The position numbers were made by a program, and so were the translations under genes. Below, in pieces: positions 1 to 8,104 of a stretch of DNA of 64,000 nt. Each line of letters begins with the position of its first letter. Position 1 is the first letter of the stretch. Source of the DNA: Candidatus Thermofontivivens primus (GTDB lineage: Bacteria > Sysuimicrobiota > Sysuimicrobiia > Sysuimicrobiales > Thermofontiviventaceae). The notes beneath the pieces are model-generated. The model had not been told where the DNA came from and did no database searches. It saw only the letters and a program-made list of their open reading frames with translations. The DNA lies in NCBI GenBank assembly GCA_031458695.1, contig JAVKJW010000002.1, forward strand, positions 1-64,000, in the 5' to 3' direction.

Positions 1-312
1 TTGCGAGAGTGGGCGGAGGCGGAGGTGGCCTTGTACAGCCACGTGATTCTCCCCTCAGAGATCTCTAACGCTCTTTACAAGCGGATAAAGCGGGGAGAGC
101 TAGGGCTGGACGAGGCCCTGGAGGCGTGGAAGGATTTCTGGACAATCCCCATTGTCCATTTGGACGGAGAAGAGCTAGGCAGGCGGGCGCTCATCCTAGC
201 CAGGGATCTGGACCGGCCCGATAGCTATGACGCTTTGTACCTTGCCACAGCCGAGTTTTTGGGCTGCGAGCTGTGGACGGCAGACGACCGCCTCTACCAC
301 GCTGCAGTATAA
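1..312 (+). CDS. PIN-domain VapC-like toxin, 5' truncated by window edge
   Basis: E-I-S-N-A-L, D-S-Y-D-A-L-Y-L-A and L-W-T-A-D motifs typical of VapC PIN domains; C-terminus may be shortened by a frameshift (see findings). Confidence 0.85.
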   Translation: MREWAEAEVALYSHVILPSEISNALYKRIKRGELGLDEALEAWKDFWTIPIVHLDGEELGRRALILARDLDRPDSYDALYLATAEFLGCELWTADDRLYHAAV

Positions 313-523
313 GGGGTCTCGGATGGGTACGGCATGTCTCTCGGGCACGCGCTCCTTAGGCGATGCTCCGAACGCTTAGCCTCACGTGGCCCCGTGCGAT
401 AGGGCGCGTCAAGTGAGGCCACGTCTTTCCGATGAGGAGTTACCCCCTGGTCTGCCCGAATCCTCTAGGATGTTAAGTGTCTGGTGAGCTGAGAAGGAGG
501 GAAGGGTTCTCAGGATGAGATGG

Positions 524-1018
524 TTACTCTACGGTGATTTCGATCCGAGTGCCTTTGTGGTCTGTGATGTCCACGATCTTTCCCACGGTGCCGCTGTTAC
601 GGAGGGCGGCAAGGAAACGCATGAGGTCGACCTCTTGGCCGTTTGCTACGAAGCGCACGCCCTTGGGGAGGAACCGGAGGACGATATCTGCAGAAGCTGA
701 ATCCGCAGCGAAGAGGCCTCGGACTATCTCCGTGATGGATACGCCTACTTTTGCGCCTGTCATTCCCTCCCTTACTGCCCGGAGGGCATCCTGAATGGAA
801 TCAGGAACAGCGCGTAAAGCCTGTCGGACTATGCTACTGACTTCCTCCTCAAGATGCCAGGGCCACTCTTTTTCCTCGAATGGCCTCTCAGCTTTCCGCT
901 CCGATCTTTCTTCCTCTCTGGCGCTTTCTTCAAGAGCTTGGAGGAGAGCTGCCGCTTCCTCGACTGTGATCTTCCCCTCCTTGAGCATTTTCAGGATCAT
1001 CAAGCGATCTTCGCGCAT
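524..1018 (-). CDS. SHOCT-like domain protein of a DUF2089 operon
   Basis: N-terminal R-L-M-I-L-K-M-L-K-E-G-K-I-T-V-E-E-A-A-A-L-L motif; ATG at 1018 preceded by GGAGG; C-terminal G-K-I-V-D-I...R-I-E-I-T-V-E. Confidence 0.75.
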   Translation of the reverse strand: MREDRLMILKMLKEGKITVEEAAALLQALEESAREEERSERKAERPFEEKEWPWHLEEEVSSIVRQALRAVPDSIQDALRAVREGMTGAKVGVSITEIVRGLFAADSASADIVLRFLPKGVRFVANGQEVDLMRFLAALRNSGTVGKIVDITDHKGTRIEITVE

Positions 1019-1088
1019 CTGCTTCCTCCTTCCATAACTCCATACCTCTGCAGACGTCAAAGACTCTTGCCGGATTCTCTAGGAGAAT

Positions 1089-1286
1089 TCATGAGACGCT
1101 ATCAGAACGTTGTCCTACAAGGTGTTCACCGACCTCTACCAAGTGCTGACCTATCTGGATCATGAATTTCCCGACCAACGTGAAGAGCGGGCGGTTGGGA
1201 TAGCGGCGCTTTTCCTCTGCGATGTGCAGCAATTCCTTATACTTCTCCCGGGTGATTAGCTCCCAAAGGAACGGATTGGGATCCAT
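1089..1286 (-). CDS. Small hypothetical protein (65 aa) inside the DUF2089 operon
   Basis: ATG at 1286 just after the DUF2089 stop, AGGT-like RBS; fills the gap between two co-oriented genes; helical amphipathic sequence. Confidence 0.55.
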   Translation of the reverse strand: MDPNPFLWELITREKYKELLHIAEEKRRYPNRPLFTLVGKFMIQIGQHLVEVGEHLVGQRSDSVS

Positions 1287-1293
1287 GGGATAC

Positions 1294-1674
1294 CTACTTC
1301 TTTTGCCGCAGAAGACGTACCGCTTCGTCGACTGTAATCTTCCCCGCCTGGAGCTGGTCGAGGATTTCGCGCCTCCGTTGCGCAGATGCTTCCTCCCGGG
1401 CCGCCTCGACGGGATACCCCATCGCCTGCAGGATCGCATCCAGTCGGTTACGGACAGTTAGGTAGGAGAGCCCAAGTTCCCGCTCCATCTCCTTGATGTT
1501 CCCTCTCACTTTGAGGAATGTCTCTACAAATTGGAGTTGCTCATCATCGAGTCGAAAGAGGCGGCTTATGAAAAAGCGCCCTTCAATGGCGGTGTGACAG
1601 TGAGGACATTCCAAGCGCACAACTTCTAAGCCCTCGCCGCACACTGGGCATTTTCCAACGAGACGATTGGCCAT
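1294..1674 (-). CDS. DUF2089 family protein (Zn ribbon + HTH + SHOCT)
   Basis: CPVC...CPHC, G-N-I-K-E-M-E-R-E-L-G-L-S-Y-L-T-V-R-N-R-L, C-terminal I-L-D-Q-L-Q-A-G-K-I-T-V-D-E-A. Confidence 0.9.
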   Translation of the reverse strand: MANRLVGKCPVCGEGLEVVRLECPHCHTAIEGRFFISRLFRLDDEQLQFVETFLKVRGNIKEMERELGLSYLTVRNRLDAILQAMGYPVEAAREEASAQRRREILDQLQAGKITVDEAVRLLRQKK

Positions 1675-1772
1675 CGGTTCCCCCAGTTGAGAGTCTCCAG
1701 ACCCTCGCGCCTCCAAACCCAGCAATTTCTTGCCATGCAGTAACACCGGTGAGCTTCATGTCATGGAAAAAC

Positions 1773-1801
1773 TTGACACTCTCGTCTCCTGGTGGTAAAA
1801 G
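1773..1801 (+). promoter_or_regulatory. sigma70-like promoter
   Basis: TTGACA-17 nt-TAAAAG with TG extension. Confidence 0.5.
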
Positions 1802-2011
1802 TTGAGTTAAAGGATTAAGAATTTGGACTGGCACAGCACATGAGAACGTTGTATCCCCCGCGGAAGTGTATCTGTCCTAGGCGGAGGCGGGACGAGGGAT
1901 AGCGAGCGTATCCCTGTCCTTCCTCCGCCTCCCCCCTGCCCACACTGGGTATGGAGTTACTCCCCGAGGAGCGTTGACATCCTTAATTCTTTTGCGAAGG
2001 GAAGTGGTACT

Positions 2012-2245
2012 GTGCAGACCACCGGAGTGGGCCGTGTTCTCGATGTAAGAGGGTTGCGCTGTCCGATGCCCGTCCTCCGGGCAAATGAGGAGATCGAAAA
2101 GTTAGAGCCAGGGAGTGTTCTCCAGGTGATTGCAGACGACCCGGCTGCCGAGCCGGATTTGCAGAGCTGGGCGAAGTGGCGGGGATACGAGGTTGTGGAG
2201 ATCCGCAAAGAAGGGAAGGACGTGTTGATCTCGATTCGGAGGTAG
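2012..2245 (+). CDS. TusA/SirA family sulfur carrier protein
   Basis: L-D-V-R-G-L-R-C-P-M-P motif and D-D-P-A-A...D-L, 77 aa. Confidence 0.92.
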   Translation: MQTTGVGRVLDVRGLRCPMPVLRANEEIEKLEPGSVLQVIADDPAAEPDLQSWAKWRGYEVVEIRKEGKDVLISIRR

Positions 2246-2300
2246 AGGGAAGGCGAAAAGGGGCGTACCCTATCTCGGAGCGACTGGGGAGGTGAGGGAG

Positions 2301-2669
2301 GTGGCCGAGAGAAAGAAAATCGTGTACCTGCAGACAAGTGGCGTGGATACACCGGAGCGCCTCTATGCGCCGTTCATCCTGGCGACGACAGCAGCGGCCA
2401 TGGGGCAGGAGGCGATTGTCTACTTCTTCATCAAGGGGATCACCGCAGTGAAAAAAGGGGAAGCAGAGAAGATTCAGATCGGTGAATTCCCTTCCCTCAA
2501 GGAGATCATCGACCAAGCCGTCCAGGCAGGGGTGAAGCTGATGGTTTGCGAGCGCAGCTGCCAGCTTCTGGGCCTGAATCCTGGGGATTTCATTCCAGAA
2601 GCACAGGTTGTTGGGGCGGCGACCCTAAACTCCCTTGCTCTGGAAGCAGACGCGGTGATCGCAGTATAA
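2301..2669 (+). CDS. DsrE/DsrF-like family protein
   Basis: P-F-I-L-A-T-T-A-A-A-M, G-V-K-L-M-V-C-E-R-S, G-A-A-T; strong RBS before GTG 2301; follows tusA. Confidence 0.85.
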   Translation: MAERKKIVYLQTSGVDTPERLYAPFILATTAAAMGQEAIVYFFIKGITAVKKGEAEKIQIGEFPSLKEIIDQAVQAGVKLMVCERSCQLLGLNPGDFIPEAQVVGAATLNSLALEADAVIAV

Positions 2670-2811
2670 GAGCGCGAACAAAACCCTTGAGCAGGAGTAG
2701 GTGATTGTGATTTCGGGGTGGGTTCCCGGAAGATGCAAAGCATATGGTGGGTTGCCTTGAGGCCTACCTGACACGCAGGAATTCCCCCCAGAGGGTGAGA
2801 ATAAGGGCAGC

Positions 2812-3798
2812 GTGCGCATCCTTACTGCCGCAGAGGTTCGCCAGGCTCTCCCCATGGGAGAGGCCATTGCTGCAGTCAGGGAGGCAGCAATTGAGCTCTC
2901 CCAAGGGACAGCGAATGTCCCTGTTCGGCTCCATCTCCCTATTCCTCCACAGGAGGGAATTGCCCTCTATATGCCGGCGTACCTCGAAGGGGCTCCAGCC
3001 CTAGGGATGAAGGCTGTTTCCGTGTTCCCGCGGAATCCCGAACAGGGCTTCCCAACAATCCACGCCGTCGTCCTCCTCCAAGATGTCTCCACCGGTCGGC
3101 CGCTTGCACTCCTGGAAGGGGCCTACTTGACCGCCCTCCGGACAGGTGCGATCTCGGGCCTCGCCACGGATCTCATGGCGAGGAAGGATGCCAGGGTCGT
3201 GGCCCTATTCGGAGCTGGCGCGCAAGCACGCACGCAACTTGAAGCTGTCGCCACGGTCCGTTCCATCCAGGAGGTCAGGATAGTGAGCAGGAGGCCAGAG
3301 CGTACCCGTCTATTTGCCCAAGAGATGGCCCAGCAGGCTTTCCTTACTGGAGTCGACGTGCGCGTAGCGGATTCCCCTCACGATGCGGTCGAGGGCGCAG
3401 ACATCATTATCACTGCCACGACATCTCCTCTCCCTCTTTTCGATGGGAAGATGGTCAAGCCGGGGGCCCACATCAACGCCATCGGTGCGTTCACCCCTAC
3501 CACGCGCGAGGTTGATAGCTTCCTGGTGAAACGGGCGCGGGTGGTGGTAGATTCCCGGAGTGGCTGCCTCGCTGAGGCGGGAGACCTCCTCATCCCCATC
3601 CAGGAGGGAGTCATCACCGCCGAGCACATAGTGGGCGAGCTCGGGGAGGTTGCGCTCGGGAAGATCCGTGGGCGCGAGCATGCCGATGAGATTACCCTGT
3701 TCAAATCCGTGGGCAACGCAGCCTTTGATGTTGCCGTGGCAATGGCCGTCCTGGCAAAGGCCGAACAGCTTGGTCTTGGGCTCCAAGTGGTCCTGTGA
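2812..3798 (+). CDS. Ornithine cyclodeaminase / mu-crystallin family protein
   Basis: L-T-A-L-R-T-G-A, G-A-G-A-Q-A Rossmann motif, H-I-N-A-I-G, F-K-S-V-G. Confidence 0.92.
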   Translation: MRILTAAEVRQALPMGEAIAAVREAAIELSQGTANVPVRLHLPIPPQEGIALYMPAYLEGAPALGMKAVSVFPRNPEQGFPTIHAVVLLQDVSTGRPLALLEGAYLTALRTGAISGLATDLMARKDARVVALFGAGAQARTQLEAVATVRSIQEVRIVSRRPERTRLFAQEMAQQAFLTGVDVRVADSPHDAVEGADIIITATTSPLPLFDGKMVKPGAHINAIGAFTPTTREVDSFLVKRARVVVDSRSGCLAEAGDLLIPIQEGVITAEHIVGELGEVALGKIRGREHADEITLFKSVGNAAFDVAVAMAVLAKAEQLGLGLQVVL

Positions 3799-4454
3799 TG
3801 CGCAGAGGGAGAGAGAACCTCACCGACAGGGTCTTTAGAGAGATCCGAGAGCGCATCCTCCGCTTCGATCTCAAGCCGGGGCAACGGTTTACAGAGCACG
3901 ACCTTGCGGAGATGCTCCGCGTGAGTCGGACCCCCATACGGGAAGCGCTGAACAAGTTGGAACAAGAAGGGCTCGTAACGATCATCCCGCGTGTCGGGTG
4001 CCTCGTCCGGCAGTTGAGCCTGCGAGAGGTAGGAGATCTCTTCGAGATCCGACGCGCTCTTGAGATCTTGGCGGTTCAGCAGTGTGGGGGAAGGGCCTCC
4101 CGTGAGGATCTCCTGGAACTTCTCTCCCTGGTGCGCAGGGAGCAAATCGGTGTGGAAAATTTCTCTTCCTATGAAGAGTCGTTCCATATGCGCATCGCCT
4201 TCCTGTCAGGGAATGAGCCCCTTGTCAAGATGCTCCAACAGATCCATGGGAGGCTCCTTGCGCTCTGCCGGCTGGACCTGGCGCGCCCATGGAGGCAGGA
4301 GCACGTCCACCGGGACCATGTGGACCTGGCTCGCTTGTTACACCAGGGGGAGCTCACGGCAGCGATGGACTTGATGAGCCGGCACATCCTTAAAGCAAGG
4401 GAGCACATTTCCCTTATGGCCCAGGAGGGCCTTGCCCCTCTTTTCCTCAGCTAA
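3798..4454 (+). CDS. GntR family (FCD) transcriptional regulator
   Basis: V-S-R-T-P-I-R-E-A-L HTH; C-terminal FCD histidines (F-H...D-H...R-H). Confidence 0.92.
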   Translation: MRRGRENLTDRVFREIRERILRFDLKPGQRFTEHDLAEMLRVSRTPIREALNKLEQEGLVTIIPRVGCLVRQLSLREVGDLFEIRRALEILAVQQCGGRASREDLLELLSLVRREQIGVENFSSYEESFHMRIAFLSGNEPLVKMLQQIHGRLLALCRLDLARPWRQEHVHRDHVDLARLLHQGELTAAMDLMSRHILKAREHISLMAQEGLAPLFLS

Positions 4455-4485
4455 GCGGCCCAGCGGAATCTTTCCATTTATCTTC

Positions 4486-4515
4486 TTGACTTCCCTGCCG
4501 ATGTTGTGCTATAGA
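4486..4515 (+). promoter_or_regulatory. sigma70-like promoter of glnA
   Basis: TTGACT (4486) and extended -10 TGcTATAGA (4507-4515). Confidence 0.65.
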
Positions 4516-4521
4516 TTAACC

Positions 4522-4599
4522 GAGGTACCGTGCCGTACCTCAGGAGAACCTAGAAAGGGCCGCGACGCCCTTGCATGGAGCAAGGGCGTCTTTGTTTTT
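4522..4599 (+). promoter_or_regulatory. Dual-hexaloop (ANTAR-like) antitermination leader overlapping an intrinsic terminator upstream of glnA
   Basis: GAGGTAC-CGTGCC-GTACCTC (4522-4541) and AAGGGC-CGCGAC-GCCCTT (4555-4572); the second hairpin overlaps the terminator. Confidence 0.75.
4564..4599 (+). terminator. Intrinsic terminator (attenuator) in the glnA leader
   Basis: 11-bp stem GACGCCCTTGC/GCAAGGGCGTC, loop ATGGA, then TTTGTTTTT. Confidence 0.85.
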
Positions 4600-4676
4600 A
4601 AGAGCCTGTAATGTGATGTAATGCCGGGAAAAGTCAAAAGGCCATTTGCCAGGGGAATGAGGGGGTGTACAGAACG

Positions 4677-6104
4677 ATGACCGTAGATGAGGTCCTAGCA
4701 TTGATCAAGCAACAGGGGATCCGGATGGTCGACCTTCGGTTCTGCGACCTCCCGGGGGTCTGGCAGCATACGACGGTCCCTGCCTCCCAAATCAACCATA
4801 AAACATTCGAGCGAGGGGTCGGTTTCGACGGCTCAAGCATTAAGGGCTTCAAGGAGATCGAAGAGAGCGACATGCTCCTCATCCCCGATCCCCGCACTGC
4901 CCGGGTGGATCCCTTCTGTGAAGTCCCTACACTGACCCTCATCTGCGACGTCTATGACCCCGAGCAGAGAGCCCCCTTTACGCGGGATCCTCGCTATGTC
5001 GCGCGAAAAGCGGAAGAGTACCTACGAGCCACGGGTATCGCCGATGAGAGCCTGTGGGGTCCTGAGGTAGAGTTCTTCATCCTGAGTAGCGTTCGCTACG
5101 AGGTCCAACCTCACCGCATGGGGTTTGCTGTGGACTCGCCGGAGGGGATCTGGAACACCGGGAATGGGGGGAACCTAGGATACCAAATCCGCCCCAAGGA
5201 GGGATACTTCCCGGTCCCGCCGAGCGACCTCTGCCATGATCTTCGGAGCGAGTGCGCAATGCTCCTTGAATCGTGGGGGATCCCTGTGGAGATGCACCAT
5301 CATGAAGTGGCATCCGCAGGCCAGGGAGAGATTGACATGCGCTCTGATGGGCTTCTGCGCATGGCCGACAACGTCATGGCCTACAAGTACATTGTGAAGA
5401 ATGTCGCGAGGAAGCGGGGGCTCACTGCAACCTTCATGCCCAAGCCTATCTTCGGAGATAACGGGTCCGGAATGCATACCCATCAGAGCCTCTGGAAGGA
5501 TGGAGAGAACCTGTTTTACGATGAAAGCGGGTACGGGGAGCTCTCCGAACTTGCCCTCTATTATATTGGCGGGCTGCTCACGCACGTCGATGCACTCCTG
5601 GCGTTCTGTGCCCCTACCACAAACTCCTACCGGCGGCTCGTTCCGCATTACGAGGCCCCGGTGAACGTGGCATTTAGCAAGCGAAATCGGAGCGCGTGCA
5701 TTCGGATCCCCATGTACCAGAACGGGCCAGGATCCGCGTCGGCAAAGCGCATTGAGTTCCGCCCTCCCGATCCCTCTGCAAACCCATACCTTGCCTTTGC
5801 GGCAATGCTCATGGCCGGGCTCGATGGGATACGCCGGAAGATCGATCCCGTCAAGGCTGGGTTTGGTCCTTTAGACAAGAACATTTACGAGCTGGATCCC
5901 GAAGAGGCCAAGCGCGTGCGTAGCGTCCCTGCTTCCCTCGACGAAGCCCTGGATGCCCTGGAGCGGGACTACGAGTTCCTCCTCGAAGGCGATGTTTTCA
6001 CGAGGGATCTCATCGAGATGTGGATCGCCCTCAAGCGGAGGGAAGTGAAGGAAGTTTCTATTCGGCCGCACCCGTACGAGTACTATCTCTACTACGACAT
6101 CTAA
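4677..6104 (+). CDS. glnA: Glutamine synthetase type I
   Basis: F-D-G-S-S-I, H-H-H-E-V-A, M-P-K-P...G-S-G-M-H, R-I-E-F-R, adenylylation-site-like N-I-Y-E-L; alternative start GTG 4665. Confidence 0.98.
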   Translation: MTVDEVLALIKQQGIRMVDLRFCDLPGVWQHTTVPASQINHKTFERGVGFDGSSIKGFKEIEESDMLLIPDPRTARVDPFCEVPTLTLICDVYDPEQRAPFTRDPRYVARKAEEYLRATGIADESLWGPEVEFFILSSVRYEVQPHRMGFAVDSPEGIWNTGNGGNLGYQIRPKEGYFPVPPSDLCHDLRSECAMLLESWGIPVEMHHHEVASAGQGEIDMRSDGLLRMADNVMAYKYIVKNVARKRGLTATFMPKPIFGDNGSGMHTHQSLWKDGENLFYDESGYGELSELALYYIGGLLTHVDALLAFCAPTTNSYRRLVPHYEAPVNVAFSKRNRSACIRIPMYQNGPGSASAKRIEFRPPDPSANPYLAFAAMLMAGLDGIRRKIDPVKAGFGPLDKNIYELDPEEAKRVRSVPASLDEALDALERDYEFLLEGDVFTRDLIEMWIALKRREVKEVSIRPHPYEYYLYYDI

Positions 6105-6183
6105 GGATCCCGATTCCCCCCAAGGGGCCCTCGGCAAAAACTTCTGCCGGGTACTCCCTACGAATGGTAACCTGCCCGAAGGT

Positions 6184-6211
6184 GGAGGGGCGAGGGGGAC
6201 CTCGCCCCTCC
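6184..6211. repeat. Perfect 12-bp GC-rich palindrome between convergent glnA and pruA
   Basis: GGAGGGGCGAGG-GGGA-CCTCGCCCCTCC; no clear U-tract downstream on either strand. Confidence 0.6.
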
Positions 6212-6221
6212 AAAATTTCTG

Positions 6222-7772
6222 TTACCTGTATTTGATCGAGACGACCTTTGGCTGCAGGAAGAAAAGCAGGTAGTCCGGCCCGCCTACCTTCGCGTCGGTC
6301 CCGCTCATATTGAACCCACCAAAGGGATGGACCCCCACGAGCGCTCCTGTACACTTCCGGTTAAGGTAGAGGTTCCCGCACATGAACTCCCGCCTGGCAA
6401 GGGCGAGCCTGGCGGGGTCACGTGAGAAGACAGCACCGGTAAGGCCATACTCTGTGGCGTTCGCGATCTCGAGCGCATGTTCAAAGCTGCGCGCCCGGAT
6501 GACCGCGACGACAGGGCCAAAGATCTCCTCTTGGGCGATGCGCGCCTGGGGATCTACATCGGCGAAGACCGTCGGTTGAATGAAGAAGCCCTCAGCGTCC
6601 CCCGGTTCGCCTCCAGCTACGAGGCGCCCCTCCCGTTTGCCAACGTCAATGTAAGACAGGATCTTTCGCATTGCCGCCTCGTTGATCACGGGGCCAACGG
6701 GGAAGTTGTCCTTAGCCGGGCCGACCTTAAGGTCCCGCACGCGGGCTACGAAGGCCTCCAGAACTTCGTGGTAACGCCCATCGAGAACGATCAAGCGAGA
6801 CATGGCCGAACACTTCTGGCCCTGGAAGCCATACCCGGAGACCACCGCGGCGGAGATGGCTTCCTCCAAGTCGGCGGTCTCATCGATGATGACGGCATTC
6901 TTCCCTCCCATCTCTGCAATGGCCCGTTTGAGCCAACGCTGACCTGGCTGCACCTGGGCTGCGAGTCCGTAGATACGGATACCAATCTCCTTGGAACCGG
7001 TGAACGCCACCATACGAACTCTGGGGTGGAGCACAAGCGCGTCACCAATCTCGCTCCCGGGGCCCGTGATCACGTTGAGGACGCCAGGTGGCAATCCTGC
7101 AGCCTCGAGAATTTCTGCAAAGACATGGGCGTTGGCTGGCGCGTCGCTCGAGGGTTTCATCACCACGGTGTTCCCGGCGGCAATGGCCGAGGCCGCCATG
7201 CCGACAGGGATGGCCAAGGGGAAGTTCCACGGCGGGATCACTGCCACTACCCCAAGTGGCAGGTAGACAAGCTCGCTGTGCTCCTGCGGGTGGGGCGTGA
7301 GAGATTGTCCGCGAGCATAGCGGATCGCCTCGCGCGCTGCGTACTCCAGGTGGTCGATGGCCTCGGCGACGTCAGCGTCGGCCTCGCTCCAGTTCTTGCC
7401 AACCTCGTAGACCTGCCACGCTGCCGCCCAGAATCTGCGGCGGCGCAGAATGTCTGCTGCACGCAGTAGGATGGCAGCACGCTCCTCCGCTGGCACGCGG
7501 CTCCAGGATTGAAAGGCCTGCTGTGCAGCTTCCACCGCGAGGTCCACCTCGCGCGGGGTGGCTTTATGCGCAATTGCCACCACCTCGCTCTTGCGGGAGG
7601 GGTTCAGGGAGACGAAGGTCCCCTGACCTTGCAACCGTTTCTCCCCAATGATCAACGGGAGTTCCTTGCCCAGCTCGCGGCCAACCTGTTCGAGCGCAGC
7701 CAACATGGCCGCACGGCTGGTCTCCTGGGAGAAATCTGTGAAGGGCTCATTACGAAACTCCGGAAGGGCCAT
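6222..7772 (-). CDS. pruA: 1-pyrroline-5-carboxylate (L-glutamate gamma-semialdehyde) dehydrogenase
   Basis: F-R-N-E-P-F-T-D-F N-terminus, P-W-N-F-P, E-M-G-G-K, G-Q-K-C-S-A, E-E-I-F-G-P, G-N-L-Y-L-N-R, P-F-G-G-F. Confidence 0.95.
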   Translation of the reverse strand: MALPEFRNEPFTDFSQETSRAAMLAALEQVGRELGKELPLIIGEKRLQGQGTFVSLNPSRKSEVVAIAHKATPREVDLAVEAAQQAFQSWSRVPAEERAAILLRAADILRRRRFWAAAWQVYEVGKNWSEADADVAEAIDHLEYAAREAIRYARGQSLTPHPQEHSELVYLPLGVVAVIPPWNFPLAIPVGMAASAIAAGNTVVMKPSSDAPANAHVFAEILEAAGLPPGVLNVITGPGSEIGDALVLHPRVRMVAFTGSKEIGIRIYGLAAQVQPGQRWLKRAIAEMGGKNAVIIDETADLEEAISAAVVSGYGFQGQKCSAMSRLIVLDGRYHEVLEAFVARVRDLKVGPAKDNFPVGPVINEAAMRKILSYIDVGKREGRLVAGGEPGDAEGFFIQPTVFADVDPQARIAQEEIFGPVVAVIRARSFEHALEIANATEYGLTGAVFSRDPARLALARREFMCGNLYLNRKCTGALVGVHPFGGFNMSGTDAKVGGPDYLLFFLQPKVVSIKYR

Positions 7773-8104
7773 TCCTCACACCTCCCTGATGGGTCAATGC
7801 GGAATCCCTTCGTTTTCTCAGGGGTCCGAGAGTATTCTTTTGCCTTTTCCTTGGGACTTCCTTGGCATATTCGGGTTTCTCGCACAATCTCGTCTAGAGA
7901 TTTTGCTACAGCTCTCTTTCCAGGGCTGGAGATCCCGCATTGAGCGGAATATGTTCCCCTTACCCTCTTTTATAGCCAAAACAAAGAGATTCCTTCGGCG
8001 CGATTGCATCTTGCAGATCATCCCGGACGCTTGGCAAATTTCTTGAGATCGTCTAATATACTGACTACAAAGGTCAAATCTTCCAGATAAAGGAGAAATC
8101 TCCC

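Noticed and set aside
379..425. Alternative short inverted repeats (GCCTCAC/GTGAGGC, ACGTGGCC/GGCCACGT) between convergent genes
   Set aside because: 7-8 bp arms in GC-rich DNA with no downstream gene to regulate; likely chance or a weak terminator.
2012..2669. Additional selenoproteins among TusA, DsrE or the visible part of ArsM
   Set aside because: Their active-site positions are Cys codons with no in-frame TGA in the visible sequence.
4607..4623. TGTAATGTGATGTAATG before glnA as a GlnR/TnrA box
   Set aside because: Left half fits TGTNA but the right half is TAATG, not TNACA; it also lies downstream of the attenuator.
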